Numbered from the stretch's first letter, positions 1 through 9,590 are shown. The stretch is DNA of 64,000 nt from an uncultured Candidatus Peribacteria bacterium (GCA_964635215.1 CAZWNJ010000001.1:254741-318740), one strand, 5' to 3'. Notes: a model not told the origin generated them from the letters alone. A program made the numbers and translations.

Positions 1-116
1 GAGCATGGCCTTCGCCGTTTCATTGCCAGCGCCCGACACGGTGAGGTGCCGGTGACTTTCCAGGAGACTCGAAAGTTCCTGGTGGGTGCTTTTTCCGATG
101 AGGAGCGATGCTTTCA
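1..116 (-). CDS. hypothetical protein, N-terminal fragment running off the window start
   Basis: ATG (minus) at 114-116 opens the frame MKASLLIGKSTHQELSSLLESHRHLTVSGAGNETAKAML, which stays open to the window edge. It is on the same strand as dnaN and 62 nt downstream of it. No motif recognised. Confidence 0.3.
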
Positions 117-178
117 TGTTGTTTCAACCACACGATCATGCCCCCTCCGCGGCGGAGAGAGCTCCATCCCAGTATCGC

Positions 179-1315
179 TCATTCCTCCGGTAGGCGCAAC
201 GGCATGATCAGGTGAATGTACTGCGGAACTCCGGCAATCGCAAAGATCGCCGGGTGGACGCCGTCTTGAACGCGCATCTCCACCCCGTCACCACCAACGT
301 GTGACAAAAAATCGAGGAGGTAGGCGGAGGAGAGAGCGATCCGAGTGTCAGCGCCAGAAACCTGAGCCTGAACCGCGGCCTCATCCTGACCGAAAGCGGT
401 CTGGGGCGTGGTGATCGTCACTTGGCCAGCAGCGGAGCGGATGGTGAGATTGTTGTTCACCTCCTTGGCGAAGTAGTGCAGGCGGCGGACGGCGGTGGTG
501 AGCTCGCTTGTCTGGAACTGCATCACGGACGGTGTCTCTTTGGGGATGATCTGCTTGTAGTCGGGGAATTTTCCTTCAATAAGGCGTGAGAGTAAACGCG
601 TCGAGCCCACGTTAAATTCCACTTGTTGAGTACTGAGGACGATTTCCACCGTCGCGGCTTCCGGGCCGGTCTTGCCTGACTTACGGCCAGCGAGGATGGA
701 ACGAAGTTCGTCGAGAACCTTCACCGGAATGATGCAGGAGATGTCCTGACCCCCCTGTGGCAGCGGCAGGCGGCTCTCTGAGAGGCGATAGCTATCGGTG
801 GCAGCCAACACGAGCTCATCCTTCTCGCAGCGCACAAAGACGCCAGAGAGCACGGGGCGGAGGGCAGTGCGAGCGCAGGAGAAGGTGACGAGGTGGAGCG
901 CATCGAGAAGGATGGCGCCATCCACCACAAGCACGCTCTGACGATCGATTGTGGGAATTGTGGGATAATCGGTAGCAACTTCACCTGCGAGATTCGCTTT
1001 AGCGTGAGCCGACGAACACTTCAACTGCGTGCCCTCTTTGGTTTCGAGAAGGATTTCTGGATCGTTGTTGTACTGCACGAAGTTCAAAAGGGCCTTCGCG
1101 GGAATTGTCAGCGAGCCCTCATTCTCAATCGACGCCTCAATAGAACTAACAATGGAAAGCTCTAAATCCGTGGCGCTGATCGTGCAACGCTTTCCCTCCG
1201 CTTGAATAAGGACGTTTCCCAAAATCGGCAACGCTTGTTGCGCGCTGATTGCGCGTGACACAACTTGGAGGGCCTGTAGGAGTTCCGATGTTTTACACTG
1301 GAGTTTCATCTGCAC
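179..1315 (-). CDS. dnaN: DNA polymerase III beta sliding clamp
   Basis: 378-aa ORF. N-terminus MKLQCKTSELLQALQVVSRAISAQQALPILGNVLIQAEG. Three-domain length and the C-terminal YIHLIMPLRL are typical of DnaN. Confidence 0.95.
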   Translation of the reverse strand: MQMKLQCKTSELLQALQVVSRAISAQQALPILGNVLIQAEGKRCTISATDLELSIVSSIEASIENEGSLTIPAKALLNFVQYNNDPEILLETKEGTQLKCSSAHAKANLAGEVATDYPTIPTIDRQSVLVVDGAILLDALHLVTFSCARTALRPVLSGVFVRCEKDELVLAATDSYRLSESRLPLPQGGQDISCIIPVKVLDELRSILAGRKSGKTGPEAATVEIVLSTQQVEFNVGSTRLLSRLIEGKFPDYKQIIPKETPSVMQFQTSELTTAVRRLHYFAKEVNNNLTIRSAAGQVTITTPQTAFGQDEAAVQAQVSGADTRIALSSAYLLDFLSHVGGDGVEMRVQDGVHPAIFAIAGVPQYIHLIMPLRLPEE

Positions 1316-1667
1316 GGAAGTAATACAGGTAATAGTATATTATGAATTCGTCATATTCATAGACCCTTCACAAGTGTTCAGAAAACGGTGGGGGTGTGTG
1401 GAGGGAAGAGACAGGGAGCCTTCACAAGAGGCATTTTCTCACCAGTTTTTCCGCAGATATGCCTGGTTTTTCGCACATCAGGGGCTGCGTCTTGGGTGTG
1501 GAAAAGATGTGGAAGAGGTTGATTCGCCCTAATCAGGAAGCCAAATGCTGCAAGACCGCTCTCTTAAGCCGTTTCCCAATTGGCCTGTGGGGAAGGTGGG
1601 TGTCGATGTTCGGTTTGAGAAAGAAGGCTTTCCACAGCCGAGGTGGAAGGGTGGGAGTTTCTCCCCC

Positions 1668-2984
1668 TTAGCGCTGGTCGAATTCTTGCTTCCAACGGCT
1701 GCGCTCACTGCCTTCGGGATGGGGGGCACTCGTCGTGTTCTCACGGACGTCCAGGACACCGTTTTGGACGTGGATGAATCGCTTTTCAGGGACATCGCTC
1801 GTGAGGAGCGCGTGACTGGCCACGAAGGTGTGGCGGCCGACCTTCACACCCGGGTAGAGACCAACGCCGAACCCAAAGCGGCAGCCCTCACCAACAGCGG
1901 TGCCGAATTTCTTCAGGCCGGTCTTTAGTTTTGTGCCGCGCACGGATGAGCCGATCTCATCTTCATCAAGACGGAGATTGCCGGCGTTGCAGCCGTTCCC
2001 AAAGGAGACGTTCTCAGCGATGACACTGTCGCCCAAGTACGTGCCATGCGTCCAGACGTGTGGGTAGAGGACGCAGTTTTTGATTTCTGAGCGGCCGTTC
2101 ACCGCGCAGTGGTGGCCGATGCTGCCGCCGCGAACGATCGTGCCATAGCCGACGACTGATTGGGGGCCGATGTAGACCGGACCGGTGATGATGGCGTGGG
2201 CGAGGACGGAGGCTCCTTCATCGATGACGACAGGCCCCTCGATGACGGCGCTGGGATGGATCTTCGCAGTGGGATGGATGGACGGCTTTGTGATCAGGCC
2301 AAGGAAGAGCGGTAGGGCTTTGATGGCATCCCACGGATATTTGAAGGCGTACCAGGTGCCGGTATAGCGCGCGAGTTCGTAGCGAGAACGCTGCATGAGC
2401 AACTGCTCCACTTGAGAGTATCCGTCCCCTTTCAAGTCAGGAATATCAGCCAGGGCTTGAACGAGGGCGGCGCGCTTATGGGCATGGATGACAATGTTCA
2501 CGAGGTCACTTGGCTCTTCGCCGGGTTTTGGTTTCTCCACAATGCCGACAATGCGGTCGCCGTCGACCGAGATATAGCCGCCGGGGAAGTGCGTCGTCAT
2601 CTGCTTGGCCAAGAAGACGCCGTCGACACCGGGCTGGCGGCTCTTGGCGAGGACGCTCTCGTACGCCGAGATTTCCACCAGATCCGTTCCAGCCACCACA
2701 AGCACCCACTCGTCCGTGATGTGTGGCAGCGCAGAGAGTAGAGCACCGCGCGTTCCAAGAGAGCCGTCGTCTTCCTGGACGACGACCGGCAGGTCCGGTG
2801 CCAAACGGCGCACTTGGGTCTCATTGCTCCGGCTGGCGACAATGGTGATGGTCGTCAGACCGGCCTGGCGCAGGATCGAGAGCTGATGCTCCATCGGCGT
2901 CGTGCCGCAAATCGGCACAAGAGCCTTATCCTGGAGAGGCCAGAATCGTTCACTGCGACCGGCGACGGTGAGGATGACGTGCAT
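1668..2984 (-). CDS. sugar-phosphate nucleotidyltransferase with C-terminal left-handed beta-helix (GlmU-like bifunctional architecture)
   Basis: N-terminal NTP-transferase motif (HVILTVAGRSERFWPL...KALVPICG) followed by hexapeptide repeats (IHPSAVIEGPVVIDEGASVLAHAIITGPVYIGPQSVVG...). I prefer the ATG at 2984 (MHVILT). The ORF-track start at 3041 would overlap the upstream gene. Confidence 0.8.
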   Translation of the reverse strand: MHVILTVAGRSERFWPLQDKALVPICGTTPMEHQLSILRQAGLTTITIVASRSNETQVRRLAPDLPVVVQEDDGSLGTRGALLSALPHITDEWVLVVAGTDLVEISAYESVLAKSRQPGVDGVFLAKQMTTHFPGGYISVDGDRIVGIVEKPKPGEEPSDLVNIVIHAHKRAALVQALADIPDLKGDGYSQVEQLLMQRSRYELARYTGTWYAFKYPWDAIKALPLFLGLITKPSIHPTAKIHPSAVIEGPVVIDEGASVLAHAIITGPVYIGPQSVVGYGTIVRGGSIGHHCAVNGRSEIKNCVLYPHVWTHGTYLGDSVIAENVSFGNGCNAGNLRLDEDEIGSSVRGTKLKTGLKKFGTAVGEGCRFGFGVGLYPGVKVGRHTFVASHALLTSDVPEKRFIHVQNGVLDVRENTTSAPHPEGSERSRWKQEFDQR

Positions 2985-3009
2985 GGCTGGCGAGTGTAGC
3001 GCGATTAGT

Positions 3010-3861
3010 CTACCTGTCCCAGACGAACGAGACCGTGCCATCGTGATCCGTCCGGTGGATCGGAATGCCAGCGCTGGTCAGACGATCGAGGACTTCGGGG
3101 CTGGGATGGCCGTAGCTATTGTGTGCACCGACAGAGATGACTGCCACCTGGGGGCGGACGGCGAGCAGCCATGGTTCGGATGTGGAGCTTTTACTCCCAT
3201 GATGGCCGACCTTCAGAATCTCGCAGTGAATGTCTGCCCCCGACGTAAGAATGTCTTCTTCTCCAGGCGATTCCAGATCACCGGTCAGCAGGGCGAGGCA
3301 TCGCCCATGCCAACGTAACGCCATTGTGACCGAAGCATTATTCACATCGCCGGTCCAAGGCTGGCCAAAAGTGTCCGCCCCGGGCCAAAGGACATCGAGT
3401 GTGAGGTCGTGATCCAGGGCGATGGACTGATGAGGGTCACTAGGCACGACAGTCGCGTGCCTTTCGGCAGCCAGTGTGAGGAGAGACCGATACTCACTAC
3501 TGTTGTAGGTGGGGCCACTCATGAGGAGTGACGGCGTGGGATTCTGGCGCATGATCGTTGGCAGAATCGCTAGATGGTCGTGGTGGGGATGGGTGAGGAC
3601 GATGAAATCGATATGTTGATCGCTCAGCGGCAGGATGCGCTTCAGCTCGCGTAAGGCCGAGCCATCCGGCCCACCATCAATGAGAATTCGCCGCCCATCA
3701 GGGGTACGCAGGAGTAGACTGTCGCCCTGACCGACATCAAGGATATCGAGGTACACCCGGCCGTCAGTCAGGTGTGACAGGTCGTAGCCGAGGCCGAGGA
3801 GTAGGACGCATAAACCAGCAATGATTTTCAACAGCCAAGAACACAGGCGCGACTTCATCAC
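3010..3861 (-). CDS. ComEC/Rec2-type MBL-fold metallo-hydrolase domain protein (single N-terminal TM helix, no channel domain)
   Basis: The sequences LDVGQGDSLLLRTPDGRRILIDGG, LTHPHHDHLAILP and KVGHHGSKSS are the characteristic ComEC C-terminal beta-lactamase-fold motifs. The N-terminus is hydrophobic (SWLLKIIAGLCVLLLGLG). Confidence 0.8.
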   Translation of the reverse strand: MMKSRLCSWLLKIIAGLCVLLLGLGYDLSHLTDGRVYLDILDVGQGDSLLLRTPDGRRILIDGGPDGSALRELKRILPLSDQHIDFIVLTHPHHDHLAILPTIMRQNPTPSLLMSGPTYNSSEYRSLLTLAAERHATVVPSDPHQSIALDHDLTLDVLWPGADTFGQPWTGDVNNASVTMALRWHGRCLALLTGDLESPGEEDILTSGADIHCEILKVGHHGSKSSTSEPWLLAVRPQVAVISVGAHNSYGHPSPEVLDRLTSAGIPIHRTDHDGTVSFVWDR

Positions 3862-3950
3862 ATCTCACACTCTAAGTGAGATGTCGAATCGGTGAAAAAC
3901 CATACACGCGAACACAGTGATGGTTGTGAAGGCAGCCGCGCTGTGGCGGT

Positions 3951-5237
3951 TCAGTGGGCGCGCAGAACCCGGCGGGCCTGGAGGAGGCCTACTGCCGCAC
4001 CCGTCACAATGAGAGTGAGGACGAGTGACGCTGGTCCTGAAGACGTCAGCGGCGTGCTTGGGGTGATTGTGGATGTGGTAACAACCGTTGCCAATGGAGC
4101 GGGTGGCACGGCAGTGCCGCGATTCCCAAGGAGGATCGAACGCTCGGTCGAAAGGTTGGCAGCACCCGAGATCGAAATGGGGGTCAGATTGACCGTGAAG
4201 CTGCCGGCGGGAACGCGCTCGATACGAACCATGCGCATATCTGAGGGGAGGATCTGCGGATTGCCGAAGGTCTTACCGCCATCAATGGACTGTGACAGGG
4301 CAAAACCACCCACATCCTGATCGTCCAGCTGCCAGCCAAGTTCCACATCATAGAAGTCGTCCGTTCGAGGGAAAGATTCTAGGCTCAGGGCGAGCTTGTC
4401 CGAGGACGCCTTCTTCACGCTTGAGCTCGAAGACGCAGGAGATTCCGAGGCAGTCGTTGCGACGGAAGACGTAGTGGCGCTGGAAGAGGAGGCGCGGGCG
4501 GGGGCGGTAATGACGGTCTTCACCGTTTCAACAGGGGCCGGGACCGTGCTCTTGAAGGATTGACCGGTGCGGTCGGCAAGTACGAGTGGGGCGGCGCCCG
4601 AGTCCTTAGGCAAACCGAAGAAAGCGGAGGGCGTGAGGGCGACGTTGTAGGAGCCGCTTTTTTGCGCAGCGGTAGTGATAAGCAGGGAGTTATCGGCGAG
4701 CTTCAGGCCCGTCACGGGCAAGAGGGCGCCGCTACCGTCGGTGATCTGGATCGCGTTTTCGAGCGCGGCCACGTTCAGAACAAGAACATGCGAGAACATG
4801 AGGCGAACGCTGTTGGCAGTCACCGGCGTCACAGTGAGGAGACGCAGGTTGTCGGCCGGGCTTTTGGCGGTGATCGCGACATATGCTTCTTCGGCGAAGG
4901 CTGGACTCTCCTGACCAGCGGCGTCTATGGCGATGACGGCTACGTATGTCTCTTGGTCGCTTGGCATGCTCTTCAACATGAACGTCGTCACGTCGCCGGC
5001 CGTGTCCTCGCTATCGTCGTAGTTGCCGTCATTCCCAAGAATGGAGGCGTTGCTCCAGTAGACGCGGTAGTGGTCGATGTTTGTGCCGGCCGACTGCCAA
5101 GAGACGACGATGTTCGGTCCCTTGCGTTCCGCGACGATCCCACGGACGTTCTCCGGAGCGACGCTGGCGGCGAGCGCGAGCAGCGGCACGGCCAACGTGA
5201 GCGAGGCGGCGATGAGAGTGTGTGTGAGGCGGGACAT
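3951..5237 (-). CDS. secreted fibronectin type III domain protein with Ser-rich linker and C-terminal hydrophobic anchor
   Basis: Signal peptide MSRLTHTLIAASLTLAVPLLALAAS. Fn3-like stretch PENVRGIVAERKGPNIVVSWQSAGTNIDHYRVYWS. C-terminus ...LTSSGPASLVLTLIVTGAAVGLLQARRVLRAH. Confidence 0.7.
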   Translation of the reverse strand: MSRLTHTLIAASLTLAVPLLALAASVAPENVRGIVAERKGPNIVVSWQSAGTNIDHYRVYWSNASILGNDGNYDDSEDTAGDVTTFMLKSMPSDQETYVAVIAIDAAGQESPAFAEEAYVAITAKSPADNLRLLTVTPVTANSVRLMFSHVLVLNVAALENAIQITDGSGALLPVTGLKLADNSLLITTAAQKSGSYNVALTPSAFFGLPKDSGAAPLVLADRTGQSFKSTVPAPVETVKTVITAPARASSSSATTSSVATTASESPASSSSSVKKASSDKLALSLESFPRTDDFYDVELGWQLDDQDVGGFALSQSIDGGKTFGNPQILPSDMRMVRIERVPAGSFTVNLTPISISGAANLSTERSILLGNRGTAVPPAPLATVVTTSTITPSTPLTSSGPASLVLTLIVTGAAVGLLQARRVLRAH

Positions 5238-5312
5238 GTGAGTGTTTCTCTTCAGTATAACAGAATTCTGGCCAGCTGGCTCTTGCCTGGACCGTCTGAA
5301 TGTGACCTATCG

Positions 5313-6488
5313 TTAATGCGAGATATTACCAACGACACTGTAAATCGGCGTCAGAATGGCGAAGGCAATGAAACCGACGAGTCCACCGATGAAGAGCAGG
5401 AGCATCGGCTCCAGCACGACCGGCAGTTTCTGGGCGGTTTCGGCCGCCTTGCGGTCATAGATGTCGGCGATCTTCAGGAGAATCTGGGCGAGCGTGCCCG
5501 AGCGTTCACCAACGACGATGAGCGACGTCACTGACACGGGCAGGAGCTTGCGGCTGGCCTTCAATTCCGCGAAGCACTTCTGGAACGACTGGCCGAGCGT
5601 GATCTCTTCAGTCATGCGGGCGTAGAGATCCTTATACGTCAATACACTCGTCACGTCGGTGAGCGAGCGCATCGCCTCAGTGAGGGGAACTCCAGCTTGC
5701 AGAAGGCCACCGAGGATGACGCCGAAGCGGGCGATTGTGGCTGAGCGGGCCAATGGCCCGATGCCCGGTGTGGCGAAGACCAGCCACTGCAGCGATCGGC
5801 GCATCGGCGTCCAGAGGGCGTTGAGCACGACGATCGTCAGCAGGCCGCCGATACCGATCGCGATGACGAGAGAGCCGTGGTTCGACGAGAAGTCCGCGAA
5901 GGCGATAAGAACACGTGTGGCGAGCGGGAGCGGGGCGTTGAGCGAGATGAGCACTTGCACAAGGTTCGGCAGGACGAAGACGCCGAGGATGATGACCATT
6001 GCCACCACGAGCACGATGACGATTGCGGGGTAGATCATGGCCATCTTCACTTTGGATTTCAGCTCGCTGTCCTTGTCCTGTTGCACGGCCAGGTAGGCCA
6101 TGTTGCGCGCGAGTGTGCCCGCCTCTTCGCCGATGCGCACGAGGGCGATGGCGTAGGTGGTGAAGAAGTGCTGTTCGTCCATCGCCACCCACAGTGGCGT
6201 GCCGCTCTCGACTGATTCCAAAATCTTCTTCACGATCTTTTTCATCGGCTTCACCGTCGTTTCTTCCAGCACGGTCTCCAGGGCGTCCACGAGCGGCAAG
6301 CCGGCATTGAGCAGCGTCCCCATGTTCTCGATGAACATCGTTCGCTCGCGGCCCATGCCGATGTAATTGAGTGACGTGAGGAAGCTCGTGAGTTTGCTGT
6401 CGACTTTCTTCTTGGGCGCGACGGCGAGAGTGGCGGTGGTGACCGCGGCAGGAGTGGGGGCGGCCGGCGCGGGGAGGGTCTCAGCCAT
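5313..6488 (-). CDS. pilC: type IV pilus assembly platform protein (GspF/PilC family)
   Basis: 391 aa with two T2SS-F repeats and three TM segments. Sequences such as FIENMGTLLNAGLPLVDAL and LLQAGVPLTEAM are typical of PilC. Confidence 0.9.
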   Translation of the reverse strand: MAETLPAPAAPTPAAVTTATLAVAPKKKVDSKLTSFLTSLNYIGMGRERTMFIENMGTLLNAGLPLVDALETVLEETTVKPMKKIVKKILESVESGTPLWVAMDEQHFFTTYAIALVRIGEEAGTLARNMAYLAVQQDKDSELKSKVKMAMIYPAIVIVLVVAMVIILGVFVLPNLVQVLISLNAPLPLATRVLIAFADFSSNHGSLVIAIGIGGLLTIVVLNALWTPMRRSLQWLVFATPGIGPLARSATIARFGVILGGLLQAGVPLTEAMRSLTDVTSVLTYKDLYARMTEEITLGQSFQKCFAELKASRKLLPVSVTSLIVVGERSGTLAQILLKIADIYDRKAAETAQKLPVVLEPMLLLFIGGLVGFIAFAILTPIYSVVGNISH

Positions 6489-6491
6489 GGA

Positions 6492-8309
6492 TTAGACGCG
6501 AGGCGGGGTGGGCTTTTGGGTCTTCGGGGCGGCCAGCGGCTCGGGTGGGGCGGCGACGCGCAGGAGCTCCTCAAGACTTGTGACACCGCGCTTCACCTTC
6601 TCGAAGCCGTCTTCAAAGAGCGTAGCCATGCCCTGGCGGCGGGCGAGGTCATTGATGTCGGAACTGCTCGCGCGTTTTACGATCAGCTCTTCCATCTCGG
6701 GTGTGATCTGGAGTACTTCGTAGATGCCGACGCGGCCGCGGTAGCCGGTCTGGCTGCAGCGCTCACAGCCTTTACTGCGATAGAGGAGAAGACGCCCGTC
6801 GGCGGGAAAGAGGCTGTCGCCAGCCAGCGGGAAGAGTGTGCGGGCTTCCTCGCGCGAGACCATCGCGGTGTAGCGGCAGTGTGGGCAGAGGCGGCGAACG
6901 AGGCGCTGGGCCACCACCACCTCGAGCGTCGAGGCGACGAGGTAGGGTTCGACGCCCATGTCGAGCAGGCGCGGGATGGCTGTGGCAGCATCGTTGGCGT
7001 GGAGCGTCGAGAGCAGAAGGTGGCCGGTCAGGGCGGCGTTCACAGAGATCGATGCCGTCTCGCCATCACGGATTTCACCGACGAGGACGATGTCTGGGTC
7101 CTGGCGGACGAGTGAACGCAGACCCGAGGCGAACGTGAGGTTGGCCTTGGGGTTTACCTGAATATGGTTCACACCGGGCACCTTGTATTCCACTGGATCT
7201 TCGATGGTGGAGATATTCACATCAGGATGGTTGCGGAGCTTCACGAGGGCATAGAGCGTCGTCGACTTACCGGCGCCGGTCGGACCGACCGTGAGCAGCA
7301 TGCCGAAGGGTTGGAAAGCGGCTTTCTTCAGCACTTCCTGCTGTTTCTCAGAGAAGCCGAGATCGTCCAGGGTGATCGTACGGACATAGGCCGAGAGCAC
7401 GCGCATCACCACCTTCTCGCCGTCTACGATCGGGACAATCGAGACACGCACATCCATCGTTTCACCGTTGCTCACCACGCGTAGTGCCCCGTCTTGGGCG
7501 GCGTAGTGTTCGTCGATGCGCATGTTGCCTTCGATCTTGATGCGGTTCACGACGCCTTCGTACTGTTCCCTCGGCAGGCGACCGACTTCATGAAGCACGC
7601 CGTCCACACGGAAGCGGACGACGACGTGTTTTTCCTGAGGTTCAAAGTGGATGTCCGAGGCGCGCAGCTGGAAGGCATCGCTGATGATCTCCTGGAGGAG
7701 GATCGGAGCAGGCTTCTGCTTCTCGCTGATGATCTCCTGAAAGCGCGACGCGAGGGGCTTACGGTAGTGCGCGAGGAGCGAATCGATGGACGATTGCGGG
7801 ACGTAGACGAAGCGGATGGCGCCGATGAAGCGCTGTCGCTCGGCGGCCTTGCTGCGTCCAAGACTGAGAAGCGAGTCCAGCGGGCCAGCCGCCTTGGGGG
7901 CAGTGACTTCGGGCGAAGCGCCTTCGGGCAAGATGCCTTCCGCTTGGTCGATATTTTGACGCAGGGCTTCCTCCAGATTTTCACGCGTGGGATCGGGAGT
8001 GGCGACGGTTACACCAGCAGCGTCGCGGGCAACCACAACGCACAAGAACGTCCGTGCCACATTCTCTGGCAGGGCGGCGATGAGTTCAGGCGTGATGTCG
8101 GCGTGCTCAATGTCGAAGTGAGCGAGCTGAAAATGCTCGGCCATCGCGCTCTCGAGGAGTTCTTGGGTGAGGAGTCCGAGTTCGAAGAGCGCCGCTTTGA
8201 GTGACAGTTCATGTTGTGATGCGTGTTCTTCAGCACGCTTTAAATCCTCTGGCGAGAGGTAGTTTTGCTTGATGAGGAGCTGGCCGAGATCAGTGTCGGT
8301 GAAGGCCAT
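6492..8309 (-). CDS. pilB: type IV pilus assembly ATPase (GspE/PilB family)
   Basis: Walker A LLTVGPTGAGKSTTLYA, Asp box, Walker B DIVLVGEIRD, His box and tetracysteine motif CPHC...CERC. N-terminal MshEN-like domain. Confidence 0.93.
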   Translation of the reverse strand: MAFTDTDLGQLLIKQNYLSPEDLKRAEEHASQHELSLKAALFELGLLTQELLESAMAEHFQLAHFDIEHADITPELIAALPENVARTFLCVVVARDAAGVTVATPDPTRENLEEALRQNIDQAEGILPEGASPEVTAPKAAGPLDSLLSLGRSKAAERQRFIGAIRFVYVPQSSIDSLLAHYRKPLASRFQEIISEKQKPAPILLQEIISDAFQLRASDIHFEPQEKHVVVRFRVDGVLHEVGRLPREQYEGVVNRIKIEGNMRIDEHYAAQDGALRVVSNGETMDVRVSIVPIVDGEKVVMRVLSAYVRTITLDDLGFSEKQQEVLKKAAFQPFGMLLTVGPTGAGKSTTLYALVKLRNHPDVNISTIEDPVEYKVPGVNHIQVNPKANLTFASGLRSLVRQDPDIVLVGEIRDGETASISVNAALTGHLLLSTLHANDAATAIPRLLDMGVEPYLVASTLEVVVAQRLVRRLCPHCRYTAMVSREEARTLFPLAGDSLFPADGRLLLYRSKGCERCSQTGYRGRVGIYEVLQITPEMEELIVKRASSSDINDLARRQGMATLFEDGFEKVKRGVTSLEELLRVAAPPEPLAAPKTQKPTPPRV

Positions 8310-8315
8310 GGATGG

Positions 8316-8894
8316 TTAGAGCGGGAAATCTTCGGAACTGGCGGGAGCCTGTGTTTCCGGTGGCGCTTCGGCGGCCTCCTCAGATGCGGTGGCTTCCTCA
8401 GCGGGTGCATCAGCTTCCGGCGCTGGCTCAGGCGCTGGCTCTTCCTCTGGTTCGGACGGAGCGTCGCCGAGGGTTTTGTGAATGATCGCGACAATGGTCT
8501 TGAGCGGCACATTGGATTTTACGAGGTAGTCGAGTGCGCCGAGCCCCTTGGCACGGACGCGGTCTTCCTCCTGGCCAAGATTGCTTAAGACGATAATGGG
8601 CGTGGTGATGGTGCCTTTGAGTTTTTCGAGGATGCTGAATCCGTCGAGCTCCGGCAGGATCATGTCGAGGAGGATCAGCTTGAATTGGCCGCTTTGAGCC
8701 TGGGCCAATCCCTCCGAACCCGTGACAGCGAGTGTCACGTCGTAGCCCTCATGCGTGAGTTTCAACTGCAGCGCGTGTCCGAGCGGTCGTTCATCTTCGA
8801 CGATGAGAATCTTCGTCTTTCCGCCGCCGCTGACTGGAGCGGTGCTGAGCAAGCCGGCCGGCGTAGGGGTCTGAGGGGTGTTTGTGTTCTCCAT
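8316..8894 (-). CDS. receiver-only response regulator with acidic Pro/Glu-rich C-terminal tail
   Basis: KILIVEDERPLG...LILLDMILPELDG...IIVLSNLG...DYLVKS gives the full CheY-like D-D-T-K set. The tail is PSEPEEEPAPEPAPEADAPAEE. I prefer the ATG at 8894 (MENTNT); the ORF-track start at 8927 is a TTG lying inside the recR terminator. Confidence 0.85.
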   Translation of the reverse strand: MENTNTPQTPTPAGLLSTAPVSGGGKTKILIVEDERPLGHALQLKLTHEGYDVTLAVTGSEGLAQAQSGQFKLILLDMILPELDGFSILEKLKGTITTPIIVLSNLGQEEDRVRAKGLGALDYLVKSNVPLKTIVAIIHKTLGDAPSEPEEEPAPEPAPEADAPAEEATASEEAAEAPPETQAPASSEDFPL

Positions 8895-8924
8895 GAAGCC
8901 CAAAACTATCTCTATAGTATAGCA

Positions 8925-8957
8925 CAAAAACGTCGGGTCTCCAAGTCACACCGACGG
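8925..8957 (-). terminator. rho-independent terminator after recR
   Basis: On the minus strand, stem CGTCGG (8951-8956 paired with 8931-8936) is followed by TTTTTG (8926-8930 on the plus strand). Confidence 0.6.
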
Positions 8958-8993
8958 GCGATTCTTTAGCATCTGTCTGCGGAAAAAACTTAC

Positions 8994-9590
8994 TCAGAGC
9001 GCCCGTCTGCCGCTCAGGGCCTCGCGGAGCGTCACTTGGTCGGCGAATTCGATGTCCGCGCCCATTGGGAGTCCGTGGGCGAGGCGGGTGATCTTACCAA
9101 CGAGCGGCGCGAGTTGCTCGCGCAGGTAGCTGGCTGTGGCCTCACCTTCGATATCGGGGTCGGTGGCGATGATCACTTCGTTCACGCCGCCCCGACGAAT
9201 GCGGTCGAGGAGTTCGCGGATTTTCAGTTGTTCGGGGCCAAGACCGTCGATCGGGGAGAGGACGCCATGGAGGACGTGGTAGCGCCCTTTGTATCCCGAG
9301 CGTTCGAAGGCGATGACTTCGAGTGGCTCCTCCACCACGAGCACCATCGCCGGGTCACGCGCGGCGTCTTGGCAGATCGGACAGAGACTGTCGACGGCGA
9401 CCATCTGGCACTCCTGGCAGTACTTCAAATTCCGCTTTAGCTCAATCAGGGCTTGGCCGAGGGTTTCGGGCGAAGCACGTGAGCTGCGAAGCAGGTGAAA
9501 CGTCAGGCGTTCGGCCGATTTGGGGCCGATTCCCGGTAGTTTCTGCAGTTCTTCGATGGCCCGGTGGATCTGTGGCGGTAGGAGCGACAC
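8994..9590 (-). CDS. recR: recombination protein RecR
   Basis: HhH motif LQKLPGIGPKSAERLTFHLL, C4 zinc finger CQECQ...CPICQ and Toprim domain VLVVEEPLEVIAFE...EVIIATDPDIEGEATA. A GTG at 9590 gives a typical 198-aa RecR and leaves room for the divergent promoter. The ORF track extends the frame to an ATG at 9662. Confidence 0.9.
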   Translation of the reverse strand: MSLLPPQIHRAIEELQKLPGIGPKSAERLTFHLLRSSRASPETLGQALIELKRNLKYCQECQMVAVDSLCPICQDAARDPAMVLVVEEPLEVIAFERSGYKGRYHVLHGVLSPIDGLGPEQLKIRELLDRIRRGGVNEVIIATDPDIEGEATASYLREQLAPLVGKITRLAHGLPMGADIEFADQVTLREALSGRRAL

